The notes beneath the pieces are model-generated. The model searched no databases, was not told the DNA's origin, and saw nothing but the letters and a program-made list of their open reading frames with translations. Both the position numbers and the translations under genes were made by a program. A stretch of DNA of 58,155 nucleotides from Hyphomonas sp. (GTDB taxonomy: Bacteria > Pseudomonadota > Alphaproteobacteria > Caulobacterales > Hyphomonadaceae): NCBI GenBank assembly GCA_041741315.1, contig JBGSKI010000105.1, forward strand, positions 1 through 58,155, given 5' to 3'. Below, in pieces: positions 46,661 through 54,710 of this stretch (its first letter is position 1; every line of letters begins with the position of its first letter).

Positions 46661-47812
46661 CTATCTCCCCGTTGCACCGACGCGGCGGCGCACGGTGATG
46701 CGCCCGACCTCGTCATGCTGTGTTTCGAACTCGATCTTGAGCGACACGGCACCCGGCTCGCGCACCAGCGGCGCGATCACGTCGCCACTTTCGATGACAT
46801 GTGTCTGCCCGCGCTTCAGGGGCGCATCGTTGAGGGTCGCACCGTTCTGGCTTTCGACGCGCAACATCAGCCGGTCATTTTCGACGAACAGCAGGAAATG
46901 CCGGCGCGAGATATGCACCGACGCACCCTCGTCCACACCGCCCTGACCGCTGATCACCAGGCGCACGTCATTCATGCCGCCACCGGCCGCATTCGACGCA
47001 CGGCCGAATCCGAGCGTTCCCGACGGCGTGCTGATCGGCCCGTCCGGAGGCGTCTGGCCCTTGTCGAACCCCAGCCAGCTGATTGGGACCTGACGGCGCA
47101 GCGACATGCCGGAAGAATAGCCCCGCACACCCATCTGCCGTTCGATCGTATCGCCCCGGCGCAACGTCAGCCGGATCGGTTCGGCATGAGTCGCAACGCC
47201 GGCTTCCCGCTCCTTCTGAATCCGCGTCGGGTTGTAGATCGTCAGTCCCGCGCCGATCTGGTCGGCCTGGATCGTGTAATTCTGCACGACTTCCGACGGA
47301 CCTTCCGCCTCGACCGGGATCGCAATGCCGGCCGTGAACACATAGCGCTCCTCTCGCCAGAGGAACCGGGTCGCCGCAACGAACATCACGTCGATGCGGT
47401 GAATCCCCGGAGTGTCGAGCCGGCCGGTGCGCAGGCCGACATCCGCTGTGGCACCGGAATTCAGGCGCTGGAACGGAAGATCCACTTCCTTCATCTGCCC
47501 GTCGGCGCCGCGCATCCACATGGCCTCAATGAACAAGGGCCGCCCGACCGGTGACGTATTGGTCACCAGAAGGGGAAGCGCCAGCGTACCGCCCACCTTG
47601 ACGCTTGTCGCCGCGCCAGCATCAAGGCTGACTTCCGGCGCGACGCACATCGGGCACCGCCCTTCCTCATCGAGCAGTTCGCCGCATTCCTCGTTCGCCA
47701 TGCAGCGAACGATCGGCTTTCCGCATTCGTCGCAGAATACCGCGCCGCGATCGAGTGCGGTCCGGTAGCAGCAATCGTCCGGAGAAGAGGAGGCAGGCGA
47801 CTTGAGGGCCAT
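46661..47812 (-). CDS. Double Zn-ribbon / beta-sandwich / C-terminal FHA domain protein
   Basis: CC...CDEC..C.....C...CPMC at the N-terminus. FHA motifs FGR...ISRRH...SQNGATLN at the C-terminus. Confidence 0.85.
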   Translation of the reverse strand: MALKSPASSSPDDCCYRTALDRGAVFCDECGKPIVRCMANEECGELLDEEGRCPMCVAPEVSLDAGAATSVKVGGTLALPLLVTNTSPVGRPLFIEAMWMRGADGQMKEVDLPFQRLNSGATADVGLRTGRLDTPGIHRIDVMFVAATRFLWREERYVFTAGIAIPVEAEGPSEVVQNYTIQADQIGAGLTIYNPTRIQKEREAGVATHAEPIRLTLRRGDTIERQMGVRGYSSGMSLRRQVPISWLGFDKGQTPPDGPISTPSGTLGFGRASNAAGGGMNDVRLVISGQGGVDEGASVHISRRHFLLFVENDRLMLRVESQNGATLNDAPLKRGQTHVIESGDVIAPLVREPGAVSLKIEFETQHDEVGRITVRRRVGATGR

Positions 47813-47815
47813 GAA

Positions 47816-49441
47816 TCAGGTCCGCAGCTTGTGGCCGCACTGCTTGCAGTACTTGGCCTTCAGGGTATTGACGGTCTCGCATTTCGGGCATTCGACCGTG
47901 GACGCACCATCGGCCTGTGCCGCGCCGCCAGGAGCAGCGGGAGCTGCCTTGCCGGCCGCACCATGGGCGACGCCGACGGCACCATCGATTCCCATCTTGA
48001 ACATGGCACGAGCCTGTTCTTCTGACCGGATCTGCGCGGCGGTCGCCGCTTCGACCATGTCACGCATGGCTTGCATCGTCTCAGCCGAGGAATTGCCCTT
48101 GGCGCGCGCCTGTTCTGACAGGACCATGGCAACGTCCTTGGACAGGCCGGCATTGACTGCCAGGATCTGCTCCGGCGTCATGCCGCGAAAGGCAGCGATC
48201 CCGTCAACCTTGCCTTGTTGTTCGGCCTTGATCTTGCCGATCTCATTGGCCGCCTTGGCATTGGACATCTTGATCGCAATGTCAGCCTCGGCATTCTGTG
48301 CACGCAGATCCATGTCCTGCAGGCGCGCAAGGTGCTCGGCCTGTTGCTTCTGAACCGCTGTCGTGATCTCGAGCTCCGTGAAGGCGCCCGACTTGCGCAT
48401 CGCGTCGGCCTGCTTCTGCTGGATCAGGGCCATATCGGCTTCGATCTGGGTCTGCCGCTTCTTGATTTCGGCCAGCTCTACCTGGTTCTGGGCATTCGCC
48501 AGCTGGTTCTCGAATTGGGCCTGCCGTTCGATTTCGAGCGATTTGATCTCGTGATCCAGCGCCTCAAGCTCCTGGCGGCGCTTGGCCCCTTCCCGCGCAT
48601 CGAGGAACTCGATCTCGCTGTTCAGGGCCATGTGGCGAAGTTCGTCTTCGCTGGCATTCTGCAGCTTGGCAGCGTCCACTTCCGACTTGAGAATGATCTC
48701 GGAAGCTTCGCCTTCCCGCTCGACTTCGCGGCGGATCTGCTCAAGGCGGAAGTCCATCCGGTCCTGTTCGCGCGAGGCTTCGGCCATCTGCATGGCGGCG
48801 ATTTCCTCGGAGTTTACAACCCATTCGATCGACACTGCCCGGACGATCAGTCCGATGTCGCCAACGATCCGTTCGACTTCCTTCATGATATCGGCCTGGA
48901 TCTTGTCCTGCAGGTCGCGATCGCCGCGGATGTCCGCCGCGTTGACCCGGCCGACGCCTTCCTCGAATACACGGTCCGACAGGTGCGGACGGATGCGGGC
49001 CAGGACATCGTCTTTCGACAGGGCCCGGCGGCCCGGCAGTTCGCCGTCGGCCTGGGCGCGTTGGACTCCGTGCATCATGCCGAGAATATTCGACGGCTTG
49101 TCGGGATCGATCTGCAGTTCGAGCGTAGCGAGGCCGGCGATCTCGACATGATCCTTGGACGTCGCTTTCAGCGGGGTCTGGACCATGAAGGGCTTCAGGT
49201 CGGCGATCATCATGCCGATATGCGTGGAGCCACCGACAATCCCTTTCAGGTGATTCATCAGCCCACCGACGGCGAAATGGCCGCCCTTGAAAGCATCGAT
49301 CAACTGGCCGTTCTTGAACAGGAGGGCCGCATAGTCAGGCGGAACCGCGAAGCGCTTCTCGAAGAAGGACTTGAATTCCGACTGGCGCATGAATTCTGCG
49401 ATCATGCGCGGATCGCTGAGGACGATAGGTGTCGTATCCAT
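47816..49441 (-). CDS. SPFH/band-7-like domain plus long coiled coil plus C-terminal Zn ribbon
   Basis: VPPDYAALLFKNG.L....GGH, TSKDHVEI, GLIVRAVSI (SPFH-like pattern), long E/A/Q/R coiled coil, CPKC...CKQCG. No TM. ORF-track start is 49459. Confidence 0.75.
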   Translation of the reverse strand: MDTTPIVLSDPRMIAEFMRQSEFKSFFEKRFAVPPDYAALLFKNGQLIDAFKGGHFAVGGLMNHLKGIVGGSTHIGMMIADLKPFMVQTPLKATSKDHVEIAGLATLELQIDPDKPSNILGMMHGVQRAQADGELPGRRALSKDDVLARIRPHLSDRVFEEGVGRVNAADIRGDRDLQDKIQADIMKEVERIVGDIGLIVRAVSIEWVVNSEEIAAMQMAEASREQDRMDFRLEQIRREVEREGEASEIILKSEVDAAKLQNASEDELRHMALNSEIEFLDAREGAKRRQELEALDHEIKSLEIERQAQFENQLANAQNQVELAEIKKRQTQIEADMALIQQKQADAMRKSGAFTELEITTAVQKQQAEHLARLQDMDLRAQNAEADIAIKMSNAKAANEIGKIKAEQQGKVDGIAAFRGMTPEQILAVNAGLSKDVAMVLSEQARAKGNSSAETMQAMRDMVEAATAAQIRSEEQARAMFKMGIDGAVGVAHGAAGKAAPAAPGGAAQADGASTVECPKCETVNTLKAKYCKQCGHKLRT

Positions 49442-49443
49442 GA

Positions 49444-49992
49444 CTAGTTGGCTTCCCATTTGCGGTTCGAGATGTAGACGTAGAGGTTGTAGACGATGAC
49501 CAGAACGGTCACGCCGACGCCCAGCGGGTACTTCTGGATCATCGTGAGGACACGCTCGCTGGCGGAGTATTTCTCCCAGTAGGCACCCATGATGGAGACC
49601 TGGAAAATCGTTCCGGAAACCATCGTGGCGAGCGAGAACAGCGCCATGAAGAGCGAGATCAGGCGGGCCCAGCGGCTGGCCGGGGCCTCGCGGCGTTTCT
49701 TGCGGCGGCCTTCCTTCTCTTCCTCACGCTCGCGGCGTTCGAGTTCTTCGTCGAAGCGTTCGCCCCGTTTGATGGCCTCGGCCCGCGCCTTCTGATCCTG
49801 CGACAGGAAATCCGGCTGGGCCTTGCGATTGACGTTCATCGACGAGATGGTCGTCAGGTTGGACGCCGACCGGCGCCACCAGATGAACACGGCGCAGGCC
49901 ATCCACACGGCGGTCACGGCGCAGGTGATATTGAACAACAGGTCAATCAGCGGCCAGGCGTCCGGCGGGATTGATCGGAGGGTGTCTTCCAT
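49444..49992 (-). CDS. Hypothetical 3-TM membrane protein with a highly charged loop (first gene of the operon)
   Basis: AAGGAG RBS. Three hydrophobic segments. Loop EELERREREEEKEGRRKKRR. Confidence 0.8.
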   Translation of the reverse strand: MEDTLRSIPPDAWPLIDLLFNITCAVTAVWMACAVFIWWRRSASNLTTISSMNVNRKAQPDFLSQDQKARAEAIKRGERFDEELERREREEEKEGRRKKRREAPASRWARLISLFMALFSLATMVSGTIFQVSIMGAYWEKYSASERVLTMIQKYPLGVGVTVLVIVYNLYVYISNRKWEAN

Positions 49993-50023
49993 GGCTTGCT
50001 CCTTGCAGGCGGTCTCATGGAAA

Positions 50024-50071
50024 GAGGCGCAGGCCTGCAGGAGAACGGTTCAGCCGCGATCTAATTTTTTT
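50024..50071 (-). promoter_or_regulatory. Candidate ECF-type promoter for the kinase/peptidase operon
   Basis: Minus strand: A7 tract, then TGAACC-N17-CGCCTC, about 30 nt upstream of ATG 49992. Confidence 0.35.
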
Positions 50072-50137
50072 CGCAGCATTGCATCTTCTGCTGTTTCTGC
50101 GTCACTCTGGGCATCGGGAGACGGAGAACGGACAGTC

Positions 50138-50722
50138 ATGGCTGACACGCAGGGCACTGACACGAAACAACTTCTGGATGCGTGGCGGGCCGGCGATATG
50201 GTCGCGCGGGATCGCCTGTTCACCCTGCTCTATTCCGAATTGCAGCAGGTCTCCGCGGCCCTTCTCCGGTCGGAACGCAATTCGTCCCTGTCGACCAGCG
50301 ACCTGGTCAATGAGGCCGTGCTCCGGCTGGTCCAGCTCGAACAGATCGAATGGGCCGACAAGACCCACTTCCTTGCCTTGTCGGCGCGCGCCATGCGGCG
50401 CATCCTGATCGACAATGCCCGCAAGAAGGCATCCGACAAGCGTTTCCACCACAAGGTGACGTTGATCACCAATGTCGGCGGGGCCGGCGGTGAGCGGATC
50501 GATTTCGACATCCTGGAAAAAGCCCTGATCCGGCTGGCCGCGATCGACCGAGAAAAGGCGGAAATCGTCGAACTCCGCTATTTTGCCGGGATGAGCCACC
50601 AGGAAATCGCCGAAGTGACCGGTTCATCCGAATCGACCGTCAAACGCGGCTGGCGCGCCGCCCGCGCCTGGCTGTTGGATGCCCTAGCCGAAGACAAACG
50701 GGTCCGCGACGCTCCCTGTTGA
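50138..50722 (+). CDS. ECF sigma factor of the kinase-associated (ECF43/EcfK/EcfP-like) type
   Basis: LLDAW..GD..ARDRLF.LLY.EL, SLSTSDLVNEA.LRL, HFLAL.ARAMRRILID.AR.K...KR, VELRYFAGMS..EIA, STVKR.W..ARAWL. Confidence 0.93.
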   Translation: MADTQGTDTKQLLDAWRAGDMVARDRLFTLLYSELQQVSAALLRSERNSSLSTSDLVNEAVLRLVQLEQIEWADKTHFLALSARAMRRILIDNARKKASDKRFHHKVTLITNVGGAGGERIDFDILEKALIRLAAIDREKAEIVELRYFAGMSHQEIAEVTGSSESTVKRGWRAARAWLLDALAEDKRVRDAPC

Positions 50723-50917
50723 TGGAATTCCTGTCAAATGCAGTCGCCTGACAGGCGAGGCCGCTTTTTCGCCACGAATATGGTGTTTCCGGCGTCCCGG
50801 AACGGAACGGTGCTTCGCGGGATCACGACCTGTTGCAGCGCCTTCTGGTGCCTATCGTCGCTGGGTGCGCCATGCTAAGTCGCGACCAGGCAGAAACGGC
50901 AAGGGAGGCAAGGCCGG

Positions 50918-51445
50918 ATGATCTCATGGAGACCCCTCTTAATCGCTGGGTCCGTTCTGGCCTGCGCCGCCTTCCCGGCAGCGGCCGACAAGGACCGCCG
51001 CGGCGATGATGTCGTCGTGCTCGGCTATGTCGAGGACATCCATGTCGGCAAGCTTGGCCTCGAAATGAAGGCCAAACTGGATACTGGTGCCGATTCGAGT
51101 TCTGTCTATGCCCGTGACGTGCACGTGTACAAGAAGTCCGGCAAGGATGACTGGGTCAGCTTCCGCCTGCGCGGCAAGAGCGGTCGCACCGTGCGCTATG
51201 ACCAGGACGTACGCCGGTTTGCGCTGATCAAGCTGAAAACCGGTGGCAGCATCCGGCGCCCCGTCATCCACCTGCCCGTTTGCGTGGGCGGCGTCCGGGG
51301 CCTTGCCGAGGTCAACCTTGCCGACCGCGAAGACTTTGAATACGATTTCCTGATCGGTCGCGAATTCCTCGCATCCCGCATCCTTGTCGATGCCGCATCG
51401 ACTTTCATCGCCGACGACGAATGCGAAGTACCCCAGCGTGACTAG
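50918..51445 (+). CDS. Exported RimK-associated putative peptidase (retropepsin-like fold; often annotated ATP-dependent Zn protease)
   Basis: Signal peptide, G.VE, AKLDTGADSSS, RRPVI.L..C.G, EVNLADR..F.Y..LIGR.FL. Confidence 0.88.
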   Translation: MISWRPLLIAGSVLACAAFPAAADKDRRGDDVVVLGYVEDIHVGKLGLEMKAKLDTGADSSSVYARDVHVYKKSGKDDWVSFRLRGKSGRTVRYDQDVRRFALIKLKTGGSIRRPVIHLPVCVGGVRGLAEVNLADREDFEYDFLIGREFLASRILVDAASTFIADDECEVPQRD

Positions 51446-52982
51446 TACCAGCCATACCCGACTTCTAGCCCTCGTCCTGACGGTGATCGCCCTCACCATT
51501 TTCGGGATCAAGGTGTTTCGCTACGACTATCCGCTGACACCCGGCGCGCAGACGACGACTTGGGACTTCGAGATCTATCTCGATTTCGACACTGCCAACC
51601 AGCCCGTCCGGATCGAGACATTCCTGCCCGCCTCGAACGGCACCCGTACCGTTTCGCAGGAACAATTCTACAACGGTGCCTTCGGCCTGCGCCTCGAAAG
51701 CGGCACGGAGGAAGAGGAAAACCGCAAGGCGATCTGGACCTATCGATATCCCGACGACCGAAAGGTGTTGCGCTACCGGGCGCGACTTGAAGGCGAGACC
51801 GCCAAGTCCCCTCTCCCGGACTCTATGCACCAGCCCGCCACGCCCGAAACGAGTGAGCCGGTCGATGATCTCGAGCGCCAGGCCTTCCTGATCTGGTCGT
51901 CCGACATGCGCCGCCGTTCGGCTGACAGCGATTCCCTGGCTGAACTGGTCTTGCAGGAAATCTTCGTCGACCAGGATGCCGACGAGATCGAAGCCCTTCT
52001 TCCTGCCCTCCCCGCCCCGATGAATCGCCTCGTCCTTGCGCGCGACGTGCTGGAGAGTCAGGGCATCCGCGCCCGGGTCGCCAATGGCATTTATCTCGAC
52101 GAGGCGCGCCGCCGTACCGCAGTCCAGCATTGGCTGGAGTACCGGGTCGACGGCCGCGACCGGCGCTATTTTCCCGGCGCTGATCCGGACGAGTTCTTTA
52201 CCATCTGGTATGGCAGCGAAGAGATGATCCGCGCCGATGGTGTGTTTGATTTCGATCCGCAGGTCAGCATCCAGCCCGTCGACGCCGCCCTTTCCGATCT
52301 CACCCGCAAGGCCGCGCGCGACGCGCGCACGCCGGTTCAGCTGTTCAGTTTCGACCGCCTGCCGGTCACCACACAGCTGGTCTATCAGGTCCTGATCACC
52401 ATCCCTGTCGGCATCGTCATTCTCGTCTTCATCCGCCAGTTCATCGGCATCGAAACGCTCGGCACGTTCATGCCGATTCTGATCGGCCTCGCCTTCCGCG
52501 AGACTGCCCTGCTGAATGGCCTGATCCTGTTCTCGATGCTGGTCGGCCTCGGCCTCGCGATGCGCTTCTACCTCGAGAAGTTGCGATTGTTGCTCATACC
52601 GCGACTCGCCACCGTCCTGATCTTCATCGTCATCTGCATGGCTGTCATCGCTCAGGTAATGAACGGATCGAACATGCGCATGGGCCTGTCGATCTCGTTG
52701 TTTCCGATGGTGATCCTGACCATGACGATCGAACGCATGTCGATCATGTGGGAAGAATATTCGGCCGAGGAAGCGATCAAGGCTGGTGCCGGGTCGATGT
52801 TCATTGCCAGCATCGCCTACTTGGCGATGGCCAACAGGCACGTCGAATACCTGATGTTCACCTTCCCGGAACTGCTCCTTGTCCTGATGGCGCTCTGCCT
52901 GCTGATGGGCAAGTATACCGGTCTGCGCCTCAGCGAGATCCGGCGGTTCCGTGAACTGGCCAAGGCCGCCCCACCAAAATGA
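51438..52982 (+). CDS. Inactive transglutaminase fused to 7TM domain
   Basis: N-terminal TM, periplasmic domain, then SFDRLP...Q.VY.VL.TIP.G, IGIETLGTFMPILI.LAFRET, LFPMVIL.MTIER.SI.WEE, FPE, G.YTG.RLSE..RF. Confidence 0.9.
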   Translation: MTSTSHTRLLALVLTVIALTIFGIKVFRYDYPLTPGAQTTTWDFEIYLDFDTANQPVRIETFLPASNGTRTVSQEQFYNGAFGLRLESGTEEEENRKAIWTYRYPDDRKVLRYRARLEGETAKSPLPDSMHQPATPETSEPVDDLERQAFLIWSSDMRRRSADSDSLAELVLQEIFVDQDADEIEALLPALPAPMNRLVLARDVLESQGIRARVANGIYLDEARRRTAVQHWLEYRVDGRDRRYFPGADPDEFFTIWYGSEEMIRADGVFDFDPQVSIQPVDAALSDLTRKAARDARTPVQLFSFDRLPVTTQLVYQVLITIPVGIVILVFIRQFIGIETLGTFMPILIGLAFRETALLNGLILFSMLVGLGLAMRFYLEKLRLLLIPRLATVLIFIVICMAVIAQVMNGSNMRMGLSISLFPMVILTMTIERMSIMWEEYSAEEAIKAGAGSMFIASIAYLAMANRHVEYLMFTFPELLLVLMALCLLMGKYTGLRLSEIRRFRELAKAAPPK

Positions 52983-53944
52983 TCAGGACCTGGAACGCTC
53001 TTCGCAGGGCGGGCCTGCTCGGAATCAACGAGCGGAACCTCCGCCTCGTCAACGATCTCAATCCCCGCCGCCTGATGCGCCTCGTCAACGACAAGACGCT
53101 GACCAAGCAGCTCGCCATCGAGGCCGGAATCCCGACGCCGGAACTTTACGGCCTGATCACCAATCCGCTCGACATGCGTAATCTCGAATCCCTGCTCGAC
53201 AAGCCGGACGGATGTGTGATCAAGCCTGCCAACGGATCGCAGGGCAATGGCATCCAGGTGCTGCTCGGCCAAATGCGCGGCGGCTACCGGCGTTCGAACG
53301 GCCAGCGGGCAACGCTGGATGACCTGCGCTTCCATGTGAACAATATCCTTTCCGGCATGTATTCCCTCGCCGGCCTGCCGGACGTCGCGATGATCGAGTA
53401 CCGGGTGAAGTTCGACGACGTGTTCGATCCGATCTCGTTCGGCGGCGTGCCCGATATCCGCATCATCGTGCTGCGCGGGATTCCCTTCGTCGCCATGGTG
53501 CGCCTGCCGACCGCCGAATCCGACGGTAAGGCCAACCTGCACAAGGGCGGCGTCGGCGTCGGCCTGGATCTTGTCACCGGCCGCACGATGCACGGCATGC
53601 AGAATGGCAAGACCACCGACATTCATCCGGACACCGCCAACCCGCTCGCCAATCTCGATGTGCCCCACTGGGATGCCATGCTGCTGATGGCGTCGAAGGC
53701 CTATGACGTGACGGGGCTTGGCTACCTCGGAGCCGATATCGTGCTGGACAAGACCAAGGGCCCCCTGCTGCTCGAACTCAACGCCCGGCCGGGCCTCGCT
53801 ATCCAGGTCGCCAACCGGATGGGCATCAAGCCGCTTATGGAAGCGGCCCTTGCCGCCGACACGACGGGCCTCGATGCGGAGGGCCGCGTTGCGCTCGCCC
53901 GGACGCTCTACCGGAACATCGTCCCGGAACGCGTGATCAGCTAG
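52979..53944 (+). CDS. Alpha-L-glutamate ligase-like ATP-grasp protein
   Basis: GLLGINERN...V...N.R....LV.DK..TK, VIKPA.GS.G.GI, SG.YSLAG, GVPDIRII, M.RLPT..S.GKANLH.G, LLELNARPGL.IQ.AN. Confidence 0.93.
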   Translation: MIRTWNALRRAGLLGINERNLRLVNDLNPRRLMRLVNDKTLTKQLAIEAGIPTPELYGLITNPLDMRNLESLLDKPDGCVIKPANGSQGNGIQVLLGQMRGGYRRSNGQRATLDDLRFHVNNILSGMYSLAGLPDVAMIEYRVKFDDVFDPISFGGVPDIRIIVLRGIPFVAMVRLPTAESDGKANLHKGGVGVGLDLVTGRTMHGMQNGKTTDIHPDTANPLANLDVPHWDAMLLMASKAYDVTGLGYLGADIVLDKTKGPLLLELNARPGLAIQVANRMGIKPLMEAALAADTTGLDAEGRVALARTLYRNIVPERVIS

Positions 53945-54686
53945 ATGGCACGTCCTCGAACGCAAAATCCGGCAACGACTTGAAGGCCAGCTTGAGGGCA
54001 TCGCCCCAGCTGCGCGAAATCGTCCGGAAATACGGATCGGACTCCTCCACCCGTTGGCGGTGCGCCACCGACACGGTTTCGGACTCGCACACCTGCAGGT
54101 CCAGCGGCATGCCAACCGACAGGTTTGCCTTCAGCGTCGAGTCGAACGAAACGTACAGCAGCTTGACCGCTTCCTCAAAGCTCATGGCCGGGTCAAACGC
54201 TCGAATGATGATCGGGCGGCCATATTTGGTCTCGCCGATCTGAAAGAACGGGGTTTCCGGGCTGGCTTCGATGAAATTGCCTTCCGGGTAGACGAGGAAG
54301 AGGCGGGGCTCCATGCCGGCGATCTGCCCTCCGACAATCATTGTCGCCCCAAAGGTCGATTCCGATTCGTAGCCGCCCATGGCCTGATTCTTGATCACTT
54401 CCTTGAGTGTCTCACCGACAATGTGCACCGCGCGAAACATGGTCGGCGCATCCAGCAGGCTCGGCCGCCGCTCGGCAGGCACCTTTGTCCGCTCATCCAG
54501 CAGGCTGACCACGGCTTGGGTCGTTGCCAGGTTGCCAGCCGTCAGAATCGTGATGACCCGCTCGCCCGGCACTTCCCAGGTAAACATCTTCCGGAAACGG
54601 GAAACATTGTCCACGCCCGCATTCGTGCGCGTGTCGGACATGAAAATCAGGCCGCGATCGAGACGCAGCGCCACACAATATGTCAC
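53937..54686 (-). CDS. anbu: Anbu proteasome-type Ntn protease
   Basis: MTYCVA.....GL.F.SDTRTNAGVD (Thr1 nucleophile), AGNLATTQ, GGQI, YPEGNFIEA, QIGETKYG.PI, SFDSTLK.NLSVG.PLD. Confidence 0.95.
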   Translation of the reverse strand: MTYCVALRLDRGLIFMSDTRTNAGVDNVSRFRKMFTWEVPGERVITILTAGNLATTQAVVSLLDERTKVPAERRPSLLDAPTMFRAVHIVGETLKEVIKNQAMGGYESESTFGATMIVGGQIAGMEPRLFLVYPEGNFIEASPETPFFQIGETKYGRPIIIRAFDPAMSFEEAVKLLYVSFDSTLKANLSVGMPLDLQVCESETVSVAHRQRVEESDPYFRTISRSWGDALKLAFKSLPDFAFEDVPSS

Positions 54687-54710
54687 CCCTGCGCCCTCCG
54701 CCGACGCCCG

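Noticed and set aside
45693-49447. Long plus-strand ORFs (417, 307 and 410 aa)
   Set aside because: Antisense to well-supported genes with no recognisable motifs. Typical high-GC shadow ORFs.
38400-49992. Interpreting the STK/FHA operon as a type VI secretion regulatory module
   Set aside because: No tss structural genes, vgrG/hcp or PppA-like phosphatase in the window, and the FHA architecture differs from TagH. A trans link cannot be excluded.
49823-50137. 105-aa N-terminal extension of the ECF sigma in the ORF track
   Set aside because: Overlaps the divergent gene. Family similarity and a purine-rich RBS begin at ATG 50138.
50770-50900. Possible sigma-54 or NtrC sites upstream of the peptidase/ATP-grasp operon
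   Set aside because: GG-N10-GC spacing is not met and the palindromes are too degenerate.
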